Below are positions 17,349 to 23,495 of a DNA stretch of 34,032 bases, piece after piece. The position numbers were made by a program, and so were the translations under genes. The stretch lies in assembly GCA_002352705.1 (NCBI GenBank), contig DEIW01000042.1:14407-48438 (forward strand), read 5' to 3'. The notes below the pieces were generated by a model. That model worked only from the letters and a program-made list of their open reading frames with translations. It did not search any database and was not told the origin of the DNA. The DNA is from Bacteroidales bacterium UBA2764. GTDB lineage: Bacteria; Bacteroidota; Bacteroidia; Bacteroidales; Paludibacteraceae. The first letter of the stretch is position 1; every line of letters begins with the position of its first letter.

Positions 17349-18656
17349 TTAAGGAATGCATACAACACGGAATCCAAGATTTCTATGACGCATGTATGGA
17401 TCATCTGCATCTCGATGGGTGACGCGGCAATTGGACGCGTAAATACCCCAGCCACCACCGCGATTTACACGAAGATCTCCATAGGGGGCACCTGTTGGGT
17501 TGTTAGAATCAGAAACTCGATAAGTATCTTCATACCAGTCTTTACACCACTCACCTACATTACCGGACATGTCATATAAACCAATGGAATTTGGGCGTTT
17601 AGTTCCGCATGGGTGCGTTTCATGATTACTATTGTCTTCATACCACGCAACAGCATCAATGACATTACTACCGGCATATCTGGTTCCATCCGGATTATTT
17701 CCTCCGCGCGCAGCGAATTCCCATTGCGCTTCTGTCGGTAATGTGTATATTTTCCCTGTCTTTTGGGATAGTTTTTGGCAAAATTCCATTGCCTCTTCCC
17801 ATGTGACACAATATATAGGATAATTAGAACCAATCCCTCGACTTGGTTGAGTATTAGGTTGGTAATATTGCAGAATATTATATCTACTATACTCTTGATA
17901 ATTCCATCTATCCCACAATTTATAGATGGTTGTGCCCATTACTTTTTCCCACTGCGATTGTGTTACTTCTATTTCTCCTATATAGAATCCATCTACAAAT
18001 GTGCGGCGCAGAGTTTGTTCATCGTTTGTGCATTCTCCACCTAATTCAGAAGTGCATCCCATCATAAATTCTCCCCCTTCAACCCAAATCATTTTCATGT
18101 TAATATCCCAAGCATCCTCTGTGTATTCATGATTTTTGGATTTGATGTTTGCTTGAGAACGCTGATGAGGGAGAGTTTCAACAGACTTGTCGCCTAATAG
18201 CTCCTTTGCCAGTGCTTGACATGCTGGAAACATATTTGCTAATTTACCATTAGTTAGCTCTCCATACTGAGAAGCGGGACTAAGCATACGTCCGCTTTCG
18301 ACATGTACCAAGTAAGCCTCTATATAGAATTCTGTATTCGATTTTGTGATAGTTGAAACGCAAAGATAGTCCGCACCTGATATTTCTCCCAATTTTTTAA
18401 TTTGCGCTTCATTAACCAAACCTGTCCGTTGGAAATTCTGTTCTTGCATCATCTGATCAATATCTGTGCGTGTGATTGCATCGTAACCAGCAAAGTTAAC
18501 AATGGCCTTGCGTAATTCTCCGCGCACCATATTCTTTTCTAACGTAGTCACAGCTGTTGAACCTTCTCCTATTCGGGAAGGAAGTAAAGCTATGGTTTGC
18601 TGTGCCACTGCCGTCAGCGATAACGCTGAGAGCAAGATAATTAATAGTTTTCTCAT
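17349..18656 (-). CDS. Cluster protein E: signal peptide, shared N-module, FGE-sulfatase/SUMF1-fold domain
   Basis: MRKLLIILLSALSLTAVAQ. N-module YDAITRTDIDQMMQEQNFQRTGLVNEAQIKKLGEISGADYL...LVHVESGR. The C-terminal domain is a close paralog of H (MIWVEGGEFMMGC, LPTEAQWEFAARGG, YDMSGNVGEWCKDWY, GFRVV). Confidence 0.8.
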   Translation of the reverse strand: MRKLLIILLSALSLTAVAQQTIALLPSRIGEGSTAVTTLEKNMVRGELRKAIVNFAGYDAITRTDIDQMMQEQNFQRTGLVNEAQIKKLGEISGADYLCVSTITKSNTEFYIEAYLVHVESGRMLSPASQYGELTNGKLANMFPACQALAKELLGDKSVETLPHQRSQANIKSKNHEYTEDAWDINMKMIWVEGGEFMMGCTSELGGECTNDEQTLRRTFVDGFYIGEIEVTQSQWEKVMGTTIYKLWDRWNYQEYSRYNILQYYQPNTQPSRGIGSNYPIYCVTWEEAMEFCQKLSQKTGKIYTLPTEAQWEFAARGGNNPDGTRYAGSNVIDAVAWYEDNSNHETHPCGTKRPNSIGLYDMSGNVGEWCKDWYEDTYRVSDSNNPTGAPYGDLRVNRGGGWGIYASNCRVTHRDADDPYMRHRNLGFRVVCIP

Positions 18657-18690
18657 TATATGATAGTGTGTCTTGTTTTAAACATAAATG

Positions 18691-20043
18691 TTATTTTTTA
18701 TCAACTATATCTTGAACTAATCGCACATATGCTCTATATCCTATTCTTCTGCCTAATATAGGATGCACGCAAAATGTTTTAAAACCCATTAGACAATCTC
18801 CAATATCATAATCTCGTGCATGATGACTCCAATAATGTCCTACAGAGTATTCGTTCTCATTCTGTATTATTTTATTTGATACAATAAAGTAAGCCGCTGG
18901 AAGAAATATTGCTCCGGATTTTTCCAGTTGCTCCCATTCTCCAATAGTAAAAGCGTTCCGTTTGTAATTTCTTGATGCAGATGAACCCTCATCAATAATA
19001 TAATAACTACCATTTGAAGAATTTTTTAACTCTCTGAATCCCATTTGGGATGCTGTTTTAAATCGTTTTGATCCTTGCAGATTCCAATCATCAGGCAGTA
19101 TAATAAGCCCGTTTACACCATTTATATTGGCTGGAGCAAATAGGTCAAGGGCATTTTTACGATATAAGAACAGATATTCCCATTCATTAGGACAAAGTGT
19201 TCTCCATAAGTTTGGCACATTACCGCCATTAACTATTGGATATTGCCCCCAATCAAAAGCCGGCGAATCCTGTTCTTTTTTGTCGGAGCTATTTTTAGGT
19301 GCCCAGAACAAGAGATCATCCCATTCTCTTGTGGTAGCCATGTAATTTACATAATCGTATTGATGAGCAGCGAAACGTGCCGTATTGTTTGAGGTGTTGT
19401 ATTGTAAATTACCTTGTGAAAAATAAACTCCTTTGTCTTGACCAATAGAAAATGGATGTTTTGAGAATTTCTTATTGATGACATTTTCCGTTGAATAATC
19501 TTCCTTTATTTTGTTTGTATTTGCTTTTGTAGATTGTGTATTACTCTCTAATCGGTCGTTAGGTTTGATATCAAAATTTAACAATTTACTAGCTAAATCA
19601 ATACAGGAAAGTTGGAATATAGTGGGATCCGTTGACACATATTCCGGAACTGTGTTGTTGACTATTTTACTTGTTTCAACATCTATCAACTTCGCTGAAA
19701 GAATGATATTATTCTTATCATTTTTAATTTGTCCAACCTCTGCTACTAATATGTATTGTGTCCCTGTTATTTCTCCTATTTTTCTTATTTGTTGATCCGA
19801 GACGAGACCTGTTCGCTGAAAATTTAGTTCTTCTACTATTAGAGAGATATCTGTCCTATTAAATGCTTCATAGCCTGATGTATTTGATATTGCTGCGGAT
19901 AAATTTTCTCGAAGCATAAACTTCAAGCCATCGTCAACATCGTTGTTTTTATCAATGACATCCAGGATTGCCACTTTCTTAACATCTTGTGCCACTGCCG
20001 TCAGCGATAATACCGAAAGCAAAAGGATTAATAGTTTTTTCAT
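18691..20043 (-). CDS. Cluster protein D: signal peptide, shared N-module, large FISUMP-like C-terminal domain
   Basis: The start is at MKKLLILLLSVLSLTAVAQ (ATG at 20043). N-module VAILDVIDKNN...YEAFNRTDISLIVEELNFQRTGLVSDQQIRKIGEITGTQYIL...LIDVETSK. C-terminal GNLQYN, WRTLCPNEWEYLF, GAIFLPAAYF, VGHYWS, YVRLVQD. Confidence 0.75.
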   Translation of the reverse strand: MKKLLILLLSVLSLTAVAQDVKKVAILDVIDKNNDVDDGLKFMLRENLSAAISNTSGYEAFNRTDISLIVEELNFQRTGLVSDQQIRKIGEITGTQYILVAEVGQIKNDKNNIILSAKLIDVETSKIVNNTVPEYVSTDPTIFQLSCIDLASKLLNFDIKPNDRLESNTQSTKANTNKIKEDYSTENVINKKFSKHPFSIGQDKGVYFSQGNLQYNTSNNTARFAAHQYDYVNYMATTREWDDLLFWAPKNSSDKKEQDSPAFDWGQYPIVNGGNVPNLWRTLCPNEWEYLFLYRKNALDLFAPANINGVNGLIILPDDWNLQGSKRFKTASQMGFRELKNSSNGSYYIIDEGSSASRNYKRNAFTIGEWEQLEKSGAIFLPAAYFIVSNKIIQNENEYSVGHYWSHHARDYDIGDCLMGFKTFCVHPILGRRIGYRAYVRLVQDIVDKK

Positions 20044-20112
20044 ACTCTTCTTTATAATAAATAGTGCAACCGAGGGAGGTATCAGCCCCCTCGGCGCGAA
20101 AGTATAAAACAA

Positions 20113-20898
20113 TTATAACTCTTGGAAATGATTTTTGAAATCCTTGTGGAACTCCTCAAAGCTTTCTTCTATCTTAGTTTGATTGTTTTTCTGTAAAGTA
20201 TCATAAGCTGCTTTCAGTATACGCTCAGCACTCGCCTCAATACTGATATATGTCTTCATCATACGAACACCATTTTGAGTGTAGGTCATAGTCTTACGGC
20301 AAGCTATATTATAGCTAATGGTCTGCTTAACAGATATCTCAATCTCTTGCTTTGTCTGACTGGCAAAATTATTAGCTTCATTCTGATCCCAACTTTGATT
20401 CTGCAATCGCAGCAATGACTCCACTTTAGAGGATATTTGAGAAGCAAGATCGTTGATAGCATAAGCCTTGGCTTTTTCAATAGAGAATTGTTGATTGCGA
20501 TCCACCCCGATGCCATGACCACGAATTAAATCCTCTGTGCTTGGATAATCAGATTCAGAGCACGGTTCTTCTACTGCTTTCTCTTCAAGAGCAGCAGCTT
20601 CCTCTGCTCTTTTCTGACGCGCTTTTGCTTCTGCTTCTTCTGCGCGACGCTCTGCTTCATAACGCTCTACAGCGGCTTTACGTGCCTCTTCTTCTTCCGC
20701 AGCGCGTTTCTGGACATTTGCTAAACTGTCCATCTTCATTTTGTGACGGAGTTGAGCCTCCTCGCGTTGCATCTGTTGCTCCATTTCCCAGTTAGCCTTT
20801 TTCGCTGCTTTTTTGTCTTTGCGGCTTTGGGCATTTGCCGGAGCTGCAACTAATGCCAGTGCCATTGCGGCTACTGCTACTAACTTGATAGTTTTCAT
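20113..20898 (-). CDS. Cluster protein C: signal peptide, Lys/Glu/Ala coiled coil, LPP20/FlgP-like C-terminal domain
   Basis: MKTIKLVAVAAMALALVAAPANAQ. The charged repeat region reads EEEARKAAVERYEAERRAEEAEAKARQKRAEEAAALEEK. LIRGHGIGVD...IEKAKAYAINDLASQISSKVES fits the LPP20 pattern. Confidence 0.7.
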   Translation of the reverse strand: MKTIKLVAVAAMALALVAAPANAQSRKDKKAAKKANWEMEQQMQREEAQLRHKMKMDSLANVQKRAAEEEEARKAAVERYEAERRAEEAEAKARQKRAEEAAALEEKAVEEPCSESDYPSTEDLIRGHGIGVDRNQQFSIEKAKAYAINDLASQISSKVESLLRLQNQSWDQNEANNFASQTKQEIEISVKQTISYNIACRKTMTYTQNGVRMMKTYISIEASAERILKAAYDTLQKNNQTKIEESFEEFHKDFKNHFQEL

Positions 20899-20928
20899 TG
20901 TTGTAGTGATTTTAGTTAATATTATTAG

Positions 20929-22185
20929 TTAGAAATTTAATGCCAATCCTAATGATTGAGGACCTGCTTTTATATCAAGAGATAACGGCTGTATATCAGG
21001 TGACGAGCATCTCTGATTATACACCTTATAAGCTTTATTGCGCTTGCTGTAACCGGTTCCTAAAAGAGGAATAGATACCAATGTCATAGCTCCACCGGCC
21101 GACAAGAGGCTGATACCTATTATCATGAATTTAGTTTCAGGAACGTCGGTATAAGTTAAATCTAAAGTAGAATATGGATTTACAGCATCCGCTATTATCA
21201 TACAAGCGGCACCTCCGGCAGAAAGCGCTAAACCAGTAGCGAATAACCCCCATCCTGCTCCAATCAATTTTTTGCCTTTCTTGTATTGAGAGAATGCAGC
21301 AGGACAGTTGGTTTGTAAGAAATTAGCATACGCTTTTTTATCCATAAATGTTCCGCGGTATTCGTACTCTTTATTACTAATCTTTGTGATATAGTATTTG
21401 GCGCGTTCCGCCTCTGCGGCTTCGGCTTCTGCTTTCTCTTGCTGTTTCTTTGCTAATGCAGCTTTTTCCGCAGCCTCCCGCTCTTGGCGGTTTTTTTCGT
21501 TGGCTAACCGTCTTTCTTCTTGTGCCTTGCGCTGAGCTTCTGCGCGCTCTTGGCGGAAACGTTGTTCATCCAAACGGCGTTGTTCTTTGGCTGCGGCAGC
21601 AGCTGCTGCCATTTCTGCTTCTTGAGCGGCTGCGATGGAATCCTCCTTTGTCATGGTCTCTCGTTTCCCACCTGTGAAGATGCTAAGGAATTTGCTTGTA
21701 GAAGTAGAAGCACCTGCCAAGGCTCCGAACATCTTGCTAGCCAAACTGCGGCAACCGCGCTGCATTGCGGCAGAGGACGACCCTAACAATATATTGTCCG
21801 TTATTTCCAATCGGGTGGTCTCTACATTAAGAATTTTTGCCGTGACGAATAGTTTGTCGTCTTCTGCTTCTGCTGCTTCAGATACCAGAATGTACTCTGC
21901 ACCCGTCATCTCACCTAATTTCTTGATCTCAGAAGAACTGACATTTCCTGTACGTTGGAAATTGTGCTCCTTGAAAATTTCATCAATATCCGTACGGTCA
22001 TATGCCTCAAAACCGGCGGTGTTGGTGACGGCACGTGCCAGATTGCTACGTAGCATCAGTTTTTGACTATAGTTCAGTTTGCCCTCTTTGTCAACCACTT
22101 CAAGGATGGCTACTTTCTTAGCTCCTTCTGCAAATACTAATGCAGTAAGAAGCAATAATGAAAATAAGATAGAAAATCTTCTCAT
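20929..22185 (-). CDS. Cluster protein B: signal peptide, shared N-module, Glu/Ala/Arg/Lys coiled coil, two C-terminal hydrophobic helices
   Basis: VAILEVVDKEGKLNYSQKLMLRSNLARAVTNTAGFEAYDRTDIDEIFKEHNFQRTGNVSSSEIKKLGEMTGAEYIL...ILNVETT. Hydrophobic segments LIGAGWGLFATGLALSAGGAACMIIADAV and FMIIGISLLSAGGAMTLVSIPLLGTG. Confidence 0.8.
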   Translation of the reverse strand: MRRFSILFSLLLLTALVFAEGAKKVAILEVVDKEGKLNYSQKLMLRSNLARAVTNTAGFEAYDRTDIDEIFKEHNFQRTGNVSSSEIKKLGEMTGAEYILVSEAAEAEDDKLFVTAKILNVETTRLEITDNILLGSSSAAMQRGCRSLASKMFGALAGASTSTSKFLSIFTGGKRETMTKEDSIAAAQEAEMAAAAAAAKEQRRLDEQRFRQERAEAQRKAQEERRLANEKNRQEREAAEKAALAKKQQEKAEAEAAEAERAKYYITKISNKEYEYRGTFMDKKAYANFLQTNCPAAFSQYKKGKKLIGAGWGLFATGLALSAGGAACMIIADAVNPYSTLDLTYTDVPETKFMIIGISLLSAGGAMTLVSIPLLGTGYSKRNKAYKVYNQRCSSPDIQPLSLDIKAGPQSLGLALNF

Positions 22186-22192
22186 AATTGTA

Positions 22193-22729
22193 TTATTTTT
22201 TATTTTTTGTTTTGAATAAATCTAAGAATTTGTTGGTTGAAGTGGATGCTCCGGCAGACGCACCGAACATCTTACTGGCTAAATTGCGGCAACCGCGTTG
22301 CATGGCTGCTGCGGACATTCCAATCAAAGCATTGTCCGTGCGATCCATTTTTGTGGTCTCTACATTAAGAATTTTTGCCGTCACAAATATCTTGTTATCT
22401 TCAGCAACAGCGCCTTCAACTACAAGGATGTATGCCGCACCGGTCATTTCTCCGAGTTTCTTGATGTCTTGAGCACTAACATTTCCTGTACGTTGGAAAT
22501 TATGCTCTTTGAAAATCTCATCAATGTCCGATCTGTCAAAAGCCTCATAACCTTCCGTGTTGGTAATCGCGCGCGCAAGATTACTGCGTAGCATCAGTTT
22601 TTGACTGTAGGTTAATTTGTCCTCTCTGTCAACCACTTCAAGGATGGCTACTTTCTGAATCTCATTTTGAGCATAAGAAATAATACTCAATGTCGCCAAA
22701 AGGCATAAAAGGAATATTCGTTTCATCAT
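22193..22729 (-). CDS. Cluster protein A: signal peptide plus shared N-module only (truncated tandem duplicate of B)
   Basis: The start is at MMKRIFLLCLLATLSIISYAQ (ATG at 22729, or 22726). The sequence is near-collinear with the first ~175 aa of B, then ends ...STSTNKFLDLFKTKNKK*. Confidence 0.75.
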   Translation of the reverse strand: MMKRIFLLCLLATLSIISYAQNEIQKVAILEVVDREDKLTYSQKLMLRSNLARAITNTEGYEAFDRSDIDEIFKEHNFQRTGNVSAQDIKKLGEMTGAAYILVVEGAVAEDNKIFVTAKILNVETTKMDRTDNALIGMSAAAMQRGCRNLASKMFGASAGASTSTNKFLDLFKTKNKK

Positions 22730-22960
22730 ATAGTTTATAGTATAAATTTTGCATTGGCATATACGCCTTCTCACTTATGGATTTTCGGCGTACTCCGAAT
22801 ATATTCTGTCATTATTTAAATAATCACATACATTCGTGCATATACATACGAAAAAGCGCAGACTTCGCTATTGCTCATCTACGCACAAGGGTCTTAGCAC
22901 TTACCCCACCAGTCAAATAAACAACAATGAAACCTACGCCGATATGACAAACCCCAAAGA

Positions 22961-22988
22961 ATGTACAAGGTACAATGTACGATGTACG
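22961..22988. repeat. ATGTACR heptamer tandem repeat (4 units) in the cluster leader
   Basis: atgtaca aggtaca atgtacg atgtacg. Confidence 0.8.
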
Positions 22989-23228
22989 AAGGGCTGATAA
23001 ATGTCATACCCGTAGGCATCTACCGTTACTTTGCTTTTGACTAGTGTTGAATTTGAAAAAGTGTGCTAAGCTTTTTGTGCGTCAAATACAAAGCGTCAAT
23101 AAACGCCATTCAATATGTAATGAATCCCCTCTAACCCTCCTGCTCAGGGCAGGCCGGCGTAGATAGAATCCTTTTGGATGGACACCTTATTTATACGCAC
23201 GCATTGCGTAAAGTGCCCATTTCGGCGA

Positions 23229-23260
23229 CAAAGGTACTATAAATTTTTGAATTGAGCAAA
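23229..23260 (-). promoter_or_regulatory. Bacteroides-type promoter pointing into the nine-gene cluster (leader ~450-500 nt)
   Basis: On the minus strand, TTTG (reverse complement of 23257-23260), then 20 nt, then TACCTTTG (reverse complement of 23229-23236). I found no other consensus promoter between here and 13630 on the minus strand. Confidence 0.6.
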
Positions 23261-23300
23261 TAAATTTTTTATTTTGTGTATAATTTTTCGTTTTTTATTA

Positions 23301-23356
23301 GAAAGTCGGTTCGGGGGCAAGGAATAGGATGTAAAAACAAAGAAGCCCCGAAGGGC
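23301..23356 (+). repeat. ~55-bp direct repeat, copy 1 (upstream of the ATPase gene)
   Basis: gaaagtcggttcgggggcaaggaataggatgtaaaaacaaagaagccccgaagggc. It differs from copy 2 by 3 substitutions and 2 single-base indels. Confidence 0.85.
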
Positions 23357-23437
23357 GGGACTGCTTGGCTACGCGTAAAGAAAAATTAATGATAAGTGCA
23401 TTTTTCCATAAAATAATTTCCATAAAGCGGAAAAATA

Positions 23438-23469
23438 TTTGCACGTTTCAAAAAAATGTAGTATCTTTG
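23438..23469 (+). promoter_or_regulatory. Bacteroides-type promoter of the ATPase gene
   Basis: TTTG at 23438-23441, then 20 nt, then TATCTTTG at 23462-23469. The ATG at 23496 lies 27 nt downstream. Confidence 0.65.
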
Positions 23470-23495
23470 CAGCGATTTTAAATTTTAGAGGTCTT

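Noticed and set aside
6991-18656. Diversity-generating retroelement: an Avd-like four-helix-bundle gene together with C-type-lectin-fold (FGE / DUF1566-like) C-termini
   Set aside because: No reverse-transcriptase ORF appears in any frame. I saw no template repeat: the 3' ends of H (14785-14910) and E (17349-17470) differ at all base types rather than only at adenines, and there is no third near-identical 100-150 bp copy. The four-helix gene lies ~8 kb away between housekeeping genes. It is still worth a genome-wide TR/RT search.
22881-23082. Bacteroides-type invertible promoter (phase-variation switch) flanked by inverted repeats
   Set aside because: The arms are imperfect (8 + 8 + 7 bp blocks with unequal gaps). 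The enclosed segment has no TAnnTTTG; the closest is tactttgc at 23027-23034, with no -33 box. The consensus promoter lies outside the element, and no recombinase gene is in the window. It is kept only as a structural observation.
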